This document shows, piece by piece, positions 18,043-26,828 of a DNA stretch of 34,962 nucleotides (positions within the stretch are counted from its first letter, which is position 1; the number at the start of each line of letters is the position of its first letter). The position numbers were made by a program, and so were the translations under genes. Origin of the DNA: Pseudomonadota bacterium (GTDB lineage: Bacteria > Pseudomonadota > Gammaproteobacteria > Pseudomonadales > Azotimanducaceae); NCBI GenBank assembly GCA_039196385.1, contig JBCCUW010000001.1:1-34962 (forward strand). Reading direction: 5' to 3'. Below the pieces are notes generated by a model. That model saw nothing but the letters and a program-made list of their open reading frames with translations. It ran no database searches and was not told where the DNA came from.

Positions 18043-18078
18043 CCTGACACAACGGTGGCAGGAGTCTTCCCCTATGAT
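18043..18078 (+). promoter_or_regulatory. Palindrome plus -10 box (WYL-activator-like promoter), copy 2
   Basis: CCTGACA-caacgg-TGGCAGG. TATGAT (18073-18078) lies 11 nt after TGGCAG. Confidence 0.6.
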
Positions 18079-18105
18079 GAGTACTTTGCAAAGTCGGGCA
18101 CACTG

Positions 18106-18690
18106 ATGGGAAAAACATACGCGGAACTTACCCCCAATCTCGTAGAGTTTATCGAAGCACAACAGCTCTTTTTTGTTGGCACAGCGCCATTGGACCAGCA
18201 AGGTCATGTCAACATATCGCCAAAGGGTATGAACAGTCTGCGTATCTTAGACACGCAGACTGTGGCTTACCTGGATGTCACGGGCAGCGGCGTGGAGACC
18301 ATCGCGCACATCAAAGAAAACCAGCGTCTGGTGATGATGTTCTGTGCCTTCGAGGGCAAGCCCTTCATTCTGAGGCTGCACGGCAAGGCAGATGTGATTG
18401 AAACCCACAATCCCGAGTTCGTTCAGCTGCGCACAGAGTTTGACGACCTGCCCGGCGTGCGTTCCATCATTCGATTGAAGATCAGCCGTATTGCGGATTC
18501 CTGTGGATGGACCGTACCTTTGTACAAACACGAAGGTACACGCGACTATTACCAGAATTTTGCGGAAAAACTGGGCCCCGATGGCATCCGTGAGGGTCAG
18601 CTAGCTGCCAATATGCGCAGTATCGATGGCCTTGCAGGGCTGGAGCAGCCCTCCAATCACCCTGAGTTGGACCCTGAGTTACGCGCTTGA
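18106..18690 (+). CDS. Pyridoxamine 5'-phosphate oxidase family protein
   Basis: Motifs FFVGTAP, VNISPKG, YLDVTGSGVETIAH, MFCAFEG.P.ILRLHG and DSCGW.VP. Confidence 0.9.
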   Translation: MGKTYAELTPNLVEFIEAQQLFFVGTAPLDQQGHVNISPKGMNSLRILDTQTVAYLDVTGSGVETIAHIKENQRLVMMFCAFEGKPFILRLHGKADVIETHNPEFVQLRTEFDDLPGVRSIIRLKISRIADSCGWTVPLYKHEGTRDYYQNFAEKLGPDGIREGQLAANMRSIDGLAGLEQPSNHPELDPELRA

Positions 18691-19938
18691 GTTGTTGCGC
18701 TTGTAACGTTTTCCGCGTTCAGCCGCCAGCGCAAACGCTGCATTGGTCTCCGCTTCTACTTCCTGCTGCTGTTGGGCCCGCAGCAAATCGTACTCCTCCT
18801 GCCACCACCGGCGTGTGACTTGAGGGAAGGTGCCCATACGATTGGCACAGGCATTGGCGCCACGATCGCGCCCCGCCTCGTAACCGGCCGCACCCTGCGC
18901 AGATGCAGCGGTTTTACCAAACGGCACCAGATCGCCTTCCATTCTGGGAATCAGAAAGTAAGGCATGGAAATGCGGGTTTCACCTTCTGGGATCAGCGTG
19001 GTGTTCACCCGATGCAAAGTAGCGGAATAGCGCCCTTCACTCAGATGCATCAGCGTACCGCCGGTGTTCACCACAACGGAACCCGGAATGACCGGTACGC
19101 CATAATCTCCTGGCGCTGTCCGGCATGTCACCGGGGCGTCCATCCAGCGACCCTCGCCGGCTACCACCTGTAAGCCAGGCCGATCATTGATTAACAAAGC
19201 AATAAACGGAGGTCCGTCAATATGCGCGCCTACGTTTTTGCTGTCGAATCTGGCATAAGCCGCACGTACTTCATCACGGGTTTCATCAGCAAAAGCGCTC
19301 AAACTGAAATTATGATTCAGGCTGGCAGCCAGGTCCGGGTCGTCAAAATCAAAGTACTTGCGAAACTCCGCTGGGTCCTCACCCAGGGATTCGACAATCA
19401 GCTCACCCAACAGATGGGTGAGACGATGATAGGTGGTCGTTAACTCTTCAATTACCGGGCGGAAACCGGACAGGCTCGTGGTCTTGGGCCACGTGTTCGG
19501 ACCTCTGAACAGACGTTTGTGAATAGGCTGGGATTTGTCGTCGTGCGCACACAGTGGTTCTTGTTCAAAACCGTACTGAAAGTTCTCGATCACCTGGCCA
19601 TGTCCGCGATTAGCAGGCGTGGGCAAGGTGTAACCACGAAAATAGGGGGTGTTTGAGATATGCGCCGTTTTCTTCACATCCATAGGCGCTTCAAAAAACC
19701 CGCGCACCTCACGAAACGCACGCTGCTGAAAGTCATCATCAAGCCCGGGCGCATTGGCCAGCACGAGAAAACCACATTCAGACAATGCATACCGCAGGTC
19801 TTCGAGGAACTTGCTGCGATCGCGCTCCACGTCAAGCCAATCAACTACCGGGATCTCTTCCAGCGCAGCGCCCTTATTTCGAGAAGAGGATCGAGATGTG
19901 GATCGAGTTGTGTCCTGCTGTTGTCCTGTGTCACGCAT
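18679..19938 (-). CDS. 2-oxoglutarate/Fe(II)-dependent dioxygenase (IPNS/DIOX family)
   Basis: DIOX_N (IPVVD ... CGFLVL ... FRGY), HxD (AHID), distal His (TLHRV) and RxS (RIS). GAGGAGG SD before ATG 19938. Confidence 0.9.
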   Translation of the reverse strand: MRDTGQQQDTTRSTSRSSSRNKGAALEEIPVVDWLDVERDRSKFLEDLRYALSECGFLVLANAPGLDDDFQQRAFREVRGFFEAPMDVKKTAHISNTPYFRGYTLPTPANRGHGQVIENFQYGFEQEPLCAHDDKSQPIHKRLFRGPNTWPKTTSLSGFRPVIEELTTTYHRLTHLLGELIVESLGEDPAEFRKYFDFDDPDLAASLNHNFSLSAFADETRDEVRAAYARFDSKNVGAHIDGPPFIALLINDRPGLQVVAGEGRWMDAPVTCRTAPGDYGVPVIPGSVVVNTGGTLMHLSEGRYSATLHRVNTTLIPEGETRISMPYFLIPRMEGDLVPFGKTAASAQGAAGYEAGRDRGANACANRMGTFPQVTRRWWQEEYDLLRAQQQQEVEAETNAAFALAAERGKRYKRNNSSA

Positions 19939-19967
19939 AGTTTTCCTCCTCGTGGTGGAGGTCAATA

Positions 19968-19990
19968 CTATTATAGAGATACTTAAATAG
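19968..19990. promoter_or_regulatory. 23-bp palindromic operator, copy 3 (upstream of the 2OG dioxygenase)
   Basis: CTATTATAGAG-A-TACTTAAATAG, 17/23 identical to 7308-7330 by manual count. Confidence 0.55.
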
Positions 19991-20035
19991 CTACCTTATT
20001 CGGAGAGCCCTGGGAGACCGCCTGGTGATTAAAGG

Positions 20036-20839
20036 TCAACCCTTCAGGAACCCTTGCACAGCCCGAATAAACGCCGCCGGGTTCTCCCGTCGGACATTGT
20101 GGCCTGCGCCAGGCACAGCAACAGATCGAAACTGAGTATTCAGCGCTACAATTGCCTCAGCCCGTTCAGGAGGTACCGCACTATCACTGCCTGGCGCACC
20201 GTGGATCAACAGTGTGGGCACACTAATCGAGCCCACCACCTCGGGCCAGGGCGGGAATTGGTAACAAGCAAGAATGTCGGGATTCACCTGCTGCTTGGCC
20301 TTTGCCCATGGCGCAAATTCTTCCTCGGGCCAGCCGGGATGCTGCTGACGGCCAACGGCAACCACCTGGGCTAACGTCAATTGCCGTAGTTCGTTCATTT
20401 GCTGAGCAAAGCCATTCACCATGGCGGCAGTAGGTTGAAATGGTTTGTCTCGCAACGGCGGGTCTTCAAGCACCAGCTTCACCACGCGTTGGTTTTGCGC
20501 TGCCGCAAAAGACAGCGCTGCCAATGCGCCAATCGAATGGCCCATCAGAGTCACCTGTTCAAGCGCCAAACGATCCAACAGCGCACCCAGGTCTGCCACG
20601 GGATCATCATTAGCGCCCTCGGGCGGCATGGAACTTTCACCATGCCCCCGTCCGTCGAGCAACACAACATCATAATCGGCCGTAAACGACCGAGCGACAG
20701 CTTGCCAACAGAGCCCACTGTCACCGAGGCCATGCAGTATCAACATAGCGGGTTTGATGCCACCTGAGCGATGCACCGCGAGATGACCATGCGGCAGATC
20801 GATGCGCAACTTTTGAAAACTGACAGACTTTGGGTTCAT
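20036..20839 (-). CDS. Alpha/beta fold hydrolase
   Basis: Motifs LHGLGD, DGRGHGES, GHSIG and GAGHNV. Confidence 0.9.
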   Translation of the reverse strand: MNPKSVSFQKLRIDLPHGHLAVHRSGGIKPAMLILHGLGDSGLCWQAVARSFTADYDVVLLDGRGHGESSMPPEGANDDPVADLGALLDRLALEQVTLMGHSIGALAALSFAAAQNQRVVKLVLEDPPLRDKPFQPTAAMVNGFAQQMNELRQLTLAQVVAVGRQQHPGWPEEEFAPWAKAKQQVNPDILACYQFPPWPEVVGSISVPTLLIHGAPGSDSAVPPERAEAIVALNTQFRSVAVPGAGHNVRRENPAAFIRAVQGFLKG

Positions 20840-20871
20840 AAGCTGAACCAGATTGGCAAATACCCGATAGC

Positions 20872-21120
20872 TTATCTGCTGTTCAGTAAATTAGCAGCCA
20901 CCCAGCCAGCGACACACACGAACCCCAACCACACCACCCAGACGGAAGTTTGGCCCTGCCAAAAGAGAAACACCCCGGGTAACAGCAGCAGAATCAACAA
21001 ACAGAAACGCAACCATCTGACACTTCTGGTACCGCGCAGTCGCCGTTCACGCTTCGGGTCGAAGTAAGCCATACCCGCGATACACAAAGCGCTGATCAGA
21101 CTGGCCGTTATTAGATTCAC
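20872..21120 (-). CDS. Small membrane protein of the PepSY iron-uptake cluster
   Basis: Three hydrophobic segments and a DPKR.R motif. Lies directly after the PepSY-TM gene. Confidence 0.7.
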   Translation of the reverse strand: MNLITASLISALCIAGMAYFDPKRERRLRGTRSVRWLRFCLLILLLLPGVFLFWQGQTSVWVVWLGFVCVAGWVAANLLNSR

Positions 21121-21136
21121 AACAATACGCGCCAGA

Positions 21137-22765
21137 TCAGGTGTTTTCTGGATGGGATATCATATCTACGCGCGCCTCTACACGCGCAGGAGACGTGGTT
21201 GCCTGACCACTCAAGCGACGGCGTAACCGCCATGCCAGGGTTGCGCTGACCAGGAGCAATAACAAGTCGATGGTGACAATGATGGCCTGTCCTTCACTTA
21301 ATGCTTCTGCCCAGCCAGGACCGGTCAACACACGTAAGCCGACGATGCCGACACACCCCACAACAAGCGCACAAGCCAGGTGGCGATTGATCGTTTCCGG
21401 CGTGCGCACTAAGGCCGCATAAAGCAAGACTGCACCCGCGGCCATCAGGAAACCCAGCGGTGTCCAGAAGGAAGCCCCACCCGAGCCGATCGTCAGGAAG
21501 AACGCTAGCGCAGATCCGACGAGAGCCACTGGCAGACCGAAGGTGACAACAGCCATCATCAACTTGAGAGCTGCAAAGCTATTTTCTCCACGCCGAGCCA
21601 ACCACATGTTTGTACCCGTCACGGTCACAAAACACATCGCAAACCCCAGTGCCAGCCAGATTGATTTAGAAAAGAGACCCAGGAAGTTGCCAAAATGAAG
21701 CGGTCCCATCAGATCAAACAGATTGGAGCCAACACTCTCTGCTTGTCCGAACACCGGTTTCACCTTGTCAAATTCACCGGTTGTTCCTGAGTAAACCAAG
21801 TTCATACCAGACAGCGCGCCATCCTTTGGTTCTAGAAATACCGTGACCATGGCATCAGCACGGCCATAGTGCTCTGTCACTACAAAACTGGGCACACCGT
21901 CCATTTCCGCCTGAACATGACGCAGCACGTGATCGATCGCATAGGGTTTTGTTGGGGTCGGATCTTCCGGGGCTTCGCTGCCCAACATCACTTCAAACAT
22001 GGCTTCTTGATCACCGCCAAAGCCGACCATGGCCATAACGGGCAAACCGATTGAGCCTGCAAAGCTGAAAAAACTACCCGTGAACGCCAGAACAAAAGCA
22101 AACGGTAAGCCCCATGAACCCGCAACAGTGTGCGCATCCTTGACCACCAGAACAGGGTTACCTTTGCGACGTAAAGTAAACAGATCTTTGATCAGGTGCC
22201 GGTGCATCAGCAAACCGGAAATTGCGGCAACCAGCATGGCCAGACCCAGGATACCGGTCAAGATTAGTCCCCAGGGCCTGGGTAAATGCAGTTCTGTGTG
22301 CACACTGACCAGGAAGCGACTCAATGCACGATCTTCATCCGACAGAAACAGTTCAAGGCCGGTTCCGTGCGCTGTGTGCAATACTTCGCCAGATTGCGGA
22401 TCAACTTCAAACTGCGTACCTATTTCTTCAACCACGCCATCCTGGTTGGTTTGATGTTTGTGAAAGAAAATCGACAGCGCCCCAGCAGTCGTCGACCCTA
22501 ATGCCACCTCTTCCACATACTCCCGCTCAACCAGGGGTTCCAACTTGTCAACGATATCCTGAATCGGTGTTGCGTTGGTTGAGGTACCTGACAACGGATT
22601 GGCTTCTACGACAATACCGTTTGACCAATGCGCAATTTCTTCCGCCAGAACCGCAATCATCCCGGTCACCAGCACCGCATACAGCAGAATCCCCAGGCTC
22701 ACGCCAGACCAACCGTGAACAGCCACGAGGGTTTTTGTGTGATCCTGATCCAGTTTAAACATCAA
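21137..22765 (-). CDS. PepSY-associated TM helix protein (FoxB/PiuB-like)
   Basis: Conserved His in TM segments (VHGWSG, VHTELH, AHTVAG, PLHFG) and a GSWGLPF..LAFTG motif. Confidence 0.9.
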   Translation of the reverse strand: MMFKLDQDHTKTLVAVHGWSGVSLGILLYAVLVTGMIAVLAEEIAHWSNGIVVEANPLSGTSTNATPIQDIVDKLEPLVEREYVEEVALGSTTAGALSIFFHKHQTNQDGVVEEIGTQFEVDPQSGEVLHTAHGTGLELFLSDEDRALSRFLVSVHTELHLPRPWGLILTGILGLAMLVAAISGLLMHRHLIKDLFTLRRKGNPVLVVKDAHTVAGSWGLPFAFVLAFTGSFFSFAGSIGLPVMAMVGFGGDQEAMFEVMLGSEAPEDPTPTKPYAIDHVLRHVQAEMDGVPSFVVTEHYGRADAMVTVFLEPKDGALSGMNLVYSGTTGEFDKVKPVFGQAESVGSNLFDLMGPLHFGNFLGLFSKSIWLALGFAMCFVTVTGTNMWLARRGENSFAALKLMMAVVTFGLPVALVGSALAFFLTIGSGGASFWTPLGFLMAAGAVLLYAALVRTPETINRHLACALVVGCVGIVGLRVLTGPGWAEALSEGQAIIVTIDLLLLLVSATLAWRLRRRLSGQATTSPARVEARVDMISHPENT

Positions 22766-22796
22766 ACCATTCCTCTATCAGCTTGTTGCATAGATA

Positions 22797-23084
22797 TCAG
22801 ACGCTGCCCACGGCCATAAAGTGTTGAACAAGCAATCCAGCACACAGCAGCGTAATTATCGCACTGATAACCCACGCCTTGATGACGTCCCGCGCCAGTA
22901 TCGCGTGAAAAAACATCACCCCCCAGATTAACGGATACGCGACCAACGGGACAATAAGGTTGTCTACTTGCGCAGTTCCTGCCGGCAGCCACGTTGCCAG
23001 GCTCGCCATCACCACAAAAGAAGCCAACAACGTCCAAGGACCGGCAAGTACAATACGCAACCAACGCTGGCTTATCTCTGTCAT
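22797..23084 (-). CDS. Small membrane protein of the iron-uptake cluster
   Basis: Three TM helices and WLPAG.A.VD.L..P...YPLIW. Lies between the receptor and PepSY genes. Confidence 0.75.
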   Translation of the reverse strand: MTEISQRWLRIVLAGPWTLLASFVVMASLATWLPAGTAQVDNLIVPLVAYPLIWGVMFFHAILARDVIKAWVISAIITLLCAGLLVQHFMAVGSV

Positions 23085-23192
23085 GACGCCTGAAATCTCA
23101 GCAACCTTGTATGACCATTAATCTTATTCGAGATTGTTGCGTTCTCCCATTTCTTCGCAGCATATTTTGTCTTTACTCCAGACCGGTAGCGT

Positions 23193-25379
23193 TCAAAAAC
23201 TCATCCGCAAACTACCAACCACAGTCCGCTGCTCGCCCGGAAAACAATCTCCACGAGACAAACAGGTCGCGTAGAATTCTTCATCAGTCAGATTGCGCAC
23301 GTTAAGCACAAAATCAAAGTTGTCGTACTGATACCCGACCATCGCGTCGAATACGGTGTAACCATCGGTTTCTACACGAACCGGCGTGGGTGCAAAGCCA
23401 TTGGCGGCCAGGAACGCGGTCCCATTGCTTTCGTTTTCGCTGGCATAACGGGCGCCAGCACCCACCCGCCAGCCCCGCGCCGGGCCTTCCAGCGGTTTCC
23501 AGCTGACCCAGAGTGATGCTGCGTTTTCCGGCAGACTGGGACGAGGCACTGCGACCCCATTTTCATCCACCTCGTCAGCATCCAGGTGACGGTAGTTGAA
23601 ATCAATCTCAAAGTCCTGCCAGGCAACCAGTGCTTCAACCTCAAAACCATCCGTCTCAATGCTGAGGCCCGGCTGAGTCTGCCCGCCGGTCACAAAATCC
23701 ACCAGGTTGTCTTCTTCCAGATCGAAGTAAGCCACAGTCACAAAGCTACTGCTTCCTTCGGGCTGATACTTAACACCAATCTCAGTCTGCTCTCCCTTAC
23801 GCGGCTTCAAGGCCCCGCCTGTAACGACATCCGTACCCACTGTGGCGCGAAACGACTCTGCGTAACTCACGTAGGGATTCAATCCCATTCGAGTCTTGTA
23901 CAGAGCACCGAACGTCACAGGCGTTTCTTCATCATTCTGATCACTCGCTGCATCCTCCGAGTCGACAGACGAGAACCTGACCCCGGCGTTCACGATGAGA
24001 TTGCCAAAGTAGATGGTGTCGCTGATGTAAAAATCTGTCGCCACCGTTTCGGTTTCGGCAGCACCTCGGACGGCGTCAAACTCTGCCGCAGCAGGTATTT
24101 CGGAGCCATCGAACACCGGGTTAAAGATGTTAAACGTGGTTGGTGCGGCATAGATCAAGGCAGACTCTATGTTCGTTTCAACGTCCTGATAGTTGGCCCC
24201 AACCAGTACATCGTGGTTCAAGCTACCGGTGTTAAAACTGGCGCGCAAACGTAGATCAACAGCAGTCTGCTCCGAACCGGCCGGCGCGCTGTACCACGTG
24301 CGGCCTACGGCAGTGCCATCCGGTAACAATCGTGGGTTACCGTCACCCAGAAATGATACCCAGGATTGATCGTACTCCGCTTCGTTATCACGGTAGCGTG
24401 CCGTGCCTTCCAGCGACAGGTAGTCGTTAATCTGATGAGTGCCGATCAGGGTAACTGTCGTAGCTTCAGTGTCATAGCGGTTATGTCCTGGATCACCCAC
24501 ATAAACTCCCGGGTCGACTTCCTGGCCCGGAGAGCCTGCGCATACGTTGGGTTCTGAGATGGTCACGTCACTGGAGCCACAGGCCGTCGCCGCAAGCGGC
24601 AGAAACTGCGCCGAGGTATCACTCTCGCGGTCTGTATAGTTCAACAGCAAGGTGAGTGACGAACGGTCCGTCGCGTAGGTCAGCGAAGGCGCAAAAATGA
24701 TCGCGTCGTCTTCCACAAAGTCCACCTGGGTGTCGCTATCTCGATACACACCAACCAGCCGCGCGGTAATTGTGCCATCACCACTCAGATCAAAACCAGC
24801 GTCAAAAGAAACCTGGTAACGATCATGCTCACCCGCAGTAAATACCACTTCGTGACCCAGCTGATCCGCACCGGCTATTTTGGAAACCGTACTGACAATG
24901 CCACCGGGAGCAGCCTGACCATACAGTACGGAAGCCGGTCCTTTGAGGACCTCAACCTGCTCCAGCGTGTAAATGTCAGCGCGTGCATTGTTATAAAACC
25001 CGAACAGGACTTGCAGATTGTCCTGATACTCAGGCGCATCAAGCCCGCGGATACTGGTGAAATCTCCCCGCGTCGCAAAGCCGAATGCATTTCCCACAAC
25101 ACCGGCGGTGTACTCAAGCGTATTGCTGAGCGTCAGCGCGCCGCGATCAAGGAACTCGTCAGCGGTAATCACCGATACCGACCGGGGTATTTCGGAAATC
25201 GGTGCTTCAGACTTGGTCGCGCCAAATTTCGACAATTCCCCTACGATAACCAGTTCTTCAATGGTCTGGTCGCCCGGCCGTGGACTCTCTGCCAGCGCGT
25301 TCTTTATAGGCAGCACGCCTGCAATCATGATCGCCAGCACAACAGCTGCTTGTATTCTCACCATTCGAAATCTCTCCAA
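23193..25379 (-). CDS. TonB-dependent siderophore receptor (FhuA/FoxA-like)
   Basis: Motifs ATKSEAPISEIPRSVSVIT, IRG, VEVLKGPASVLYG..PGG and NLTDEEFY, with C-terminal Phe. Start could be 25379 or 25364. Confidence 0.95.
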   Translation of the reverse strand: MERFRMVRIQAAVVLAIMIAGVLPIKNALAESPRPGDQTIEELVIVGELSKFGATKSEAPISEIPRSVSVITADEFLDRGALTLSNTLEYTAGVVGNAFGFATRGDFTSIRGLDAPEYQDNLQVLFGFYNNARADIYTLEQVEVLKGPASVLYGQAAPGGIVSTVSKIAGADQLGHEVVFTAGEHDRYQVSFDAGFDLSGDGTITARLVGVYRDSDTQVDFVEDDAIIFAPSLTYATDRSSLTLLLNYTDRESDTSAQFLPLAATACGSSDVTISEPNVCAGSPGQEVDPGVYVGDPGHNRYDTEATTVTLIGTHQINDYLSLEGTARYRDNEAEYDQSWVSFLGDGNPRLLPDGTAVGRTWYSAPAGSEQTAVDLRLRASFNTGSLNHDVLVGANYQDVETNIESALIYAAPTTFNIFNPVFDGSEIPAAAEFDAVRGAAETETVATDFYISDTIYFGNLIVNAGVRFSSVDSEDAASDQNDEETPVTFGALYKTRMGLNPYVSYAESFRATVGTDVVTGGALKPRKGEQTEIGVKYQPEGSSSFVTVAYFDLEEDNLVDFVTGGQTQPGLSIETDGFEVEALVAWQDFEIDFNYRHLDADEVDENGVAVPRPSLPENAASLWVSWKPLEGPARGWRVGAGARYASENESNGTAFLAANGFAPTPVRVETDGYTVFDAMVGYQYDNFDFVLNVRNLTDEEFYATCLSRGDCFPGEQRTVVGSLRMSF

Positions 25380-25417
25380 CTGAATTGGTAAGCCACAATT
25401 GTTTCAGATTTTGATAT

Positions 25418-25440
25418 TGAATGCGAATCATTCTCATTTT
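25418..25440. promoter_or_regulatory. Fur box
   Basis: TTGAATGCGAATCATTCTC matches GATAATGATAATCATTATC at 13/19. Minus-strand 7-1-7 form TGAGAAT-G-ATTCGCA. Directly upstream of the siderophore receptor. Confidence 0.8.
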
Positions 25441-25496
25441 TATTTGTCAATTATGGCCGCACGCGAGTAGACCCGAGCAGCTTGCAAGCGTGTGGA

Positions 25497-25524
25497 TGAT
25501 GGTTTTGATCTGATGGTTTTGATC
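25497..25524. repeat. 14-bp direct tandem duplication TGATGGTTTTGATC x2
   Basis: Read directly from the sequence. Confidence 0.85.
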
Positions 25525-25574
25525 GTGCCCCTCTGAGTTGACAGGCAGGGCAAAGGTAAGCAAAGGCGAAGGGT

Positions 25575-26048
25575 TCAGCCCGGCATCAAAGGCCCCGTGT
25601 ACACCTGCGAACGAATCAGCAACGTCGACTCGGTACGCGCAACAATTTCCGGGTGCTCATACCCCACCTCTGCGATGTGCATGTCGCCGGCCTGCACGGG
25701 ATGATCACCAACCAGGATATCTCCTGAAACGACCCAACAGGTTTCCTGATGGGTATGCGCGTGATTAACAAACTTTGCGCCCGGCTGCAGCCGATAAATA
25801 CAGGTTTCCGTGCCATCACCCTGGTCGGGTACAAGGCAGCTACGCTCAATGCCTTCGGCAAACGGCTCCCACTGCATGTCCGTTGACTTGATTGTTTGCG
25901 TCCCAGATGGGGCATGCGCTCCCACACGGCTCTTGATATTTGCCAGCATTCGCTGGCGAGGGCCTTCCTCAAGTTGGCCGCCACTTGGCTTGGCCGCTAA
26001 CGCACCACTGAGGATTTGTTTAATTTGTTCTAAGTCTTGGTCAGTCAT
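25575..26048 (-). CDS. ChrR-like cupin protein, putative anti-sigma factor
   Basis: W..FAEGIE ... RLQPG...HAH...E.CWVVSG ... GD.H.A..G.EH (cupin metal ligands). Starts 5 bp after the ECF sigma stop. Confidence 0.8.
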   Translation of the reverse strand: MTDQDLEQIKQILSGALAAKPSGGQLEEGPRQRMLANIKSRVGAHAPSGTQTIKSTDMQWEPFAEGIERSCLVPDQGDGTETCIYRLQPGAKFVNHAHTHQETCWVVSGDILVGDHPVQAGDMHIAEVGYEHPEIVARTESTLLIRSQVYTGPLMPG

Positions 26049-26053
26049 AATCT

Positions 26054-26653
26054 TCAGTCCTCTATATCGGACCGCAAAGCAATCAGTGTACGTCGGATGT
26101 GGGTTTTTACCGTACCCAGGCTCATCTGCAATTGTTCAGCAATTTCTACGTGCGTCATCCCACGGAAGTAGGCCATCGCCAGTATCTGGCGTGGCGTTTG
26201 AGGTAACGCGTTCAACTGGTCATGCAGCCTGCTAAGATTCAGCAAAGCCAGGGGTTCATCGCTGCTGACCTCAGGCGACACCTCATTATACAAGGCATCG
26301 CTGATGCGCTGGTGTTTAACCCGATGGCGATAACGGTCGATCGCACGGCTCCGGGCAAGCATAACTAACCAGGCAACGGGATGCGCCTGGCTGGGATCAT
26401 AGCGGCTGGCGTTCTGCCAGACATACAGGTAGACGTCTTCGGTAATCTCTTCTGCGTCCGGCCCGTTGCCCAGAATTCGTGACACCAGGGCAAACACTGT
26501 GTCCACGGTGGCCAGATAGAGTTTTTCCAGTGCTGTTTCATCCTGGCGTGCAACCGCAGAGAGCCAATCGGCGCGCACGGCTGTGGACTGAGCGCTATCT
26601 TTCTCAATTTCAGCAGCCACTAAGCTCAACGCTCGATTTGAAACGGAAACCAT
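26054..26653 (-). CDS. ECF RNA polymerase sigma factor (SigK/RpoE-ChrR-like)
   Basis: Region 2: DAEEITEDVYLYVW...YDP....AWL...ARSRAIDR. Region 4: AYFRGMTHVEIAEQLQMSLGTVKTHIRR. Confidence 0.93.
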   Translation of the reverse strand: MVSVSNRALSLVAAEIEKDSAQSTAVRADWLSAVARQDETALEKLYLATVDTVFALVSRILGNGPDAEEITEDVYLYVWQNASRYDPSQAHPVAWLVMLARSRAIDRYRHRVKHQRISDALYNEVSPEVSSDEPLALLNLSRLHDQLNALPQTPRQILAMAYFRGMTHVEIAEQLQMSLGTVKTHIRRTLIALRSDIED

Positions 26654-26702
26654 AGAATATCGCGCCCTTTTTATACCCGCAATTACCGTGTACCTGATCT
26701 AT

Positions 26703-26730
26703 ATACGATCAAAACGCGTTTCTGGATGCA
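26703..26730 (-). promoter_or_regulatory. ECF-type promoter for the sigma/cupin operon
   Basis: Minus-strand TGCATCCA-N15-CGTAT. Confidence 0.8.
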
Positions 26731-26762
26731 CAAAAAGCAAAATTTATTTTTTTGACCAATAA

Positions 26763-26790
26763 TGCATCCAAAATCCAAAGCACTGCGTAT
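26763..26790 (+). promoter_or_regulatory. ECF-type promoter for the DUF4331 operon
   Basis: TGCATCCA-N15-CGTAT, with boxes and spacing identical to the divergent copy. Confidence 0.8.
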
Positions 26791-26828
26791 TTCCCTCAAG
26801 TTCTAACCAACCAAGGAGATATACGCAC

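Noticed and set aside
18679-19938. IPNS-family gene taken as evidence of a beta-lactam or other biosynthetic cluster
   Set aside because: There are no NRPS, PKS or tailoring-cluster genes nearby, and the fold is widespread in catabolism.
22762-23064. Alternative 100-aa minus-strand ORF
   Set aside because: It overlaps 22797-23084, which has the TM pattern expected in PepSY clusters.
23108-23130. Second Fur box upstream of the small membrane gene
   Set aside because: Only about 10/19 match, too weak to call.
23586-25391. 222-aa and 188-aa plus-strand ORFs
   Set aside because: They are antisense to the siderophore receptor and have no recognisable protein features.
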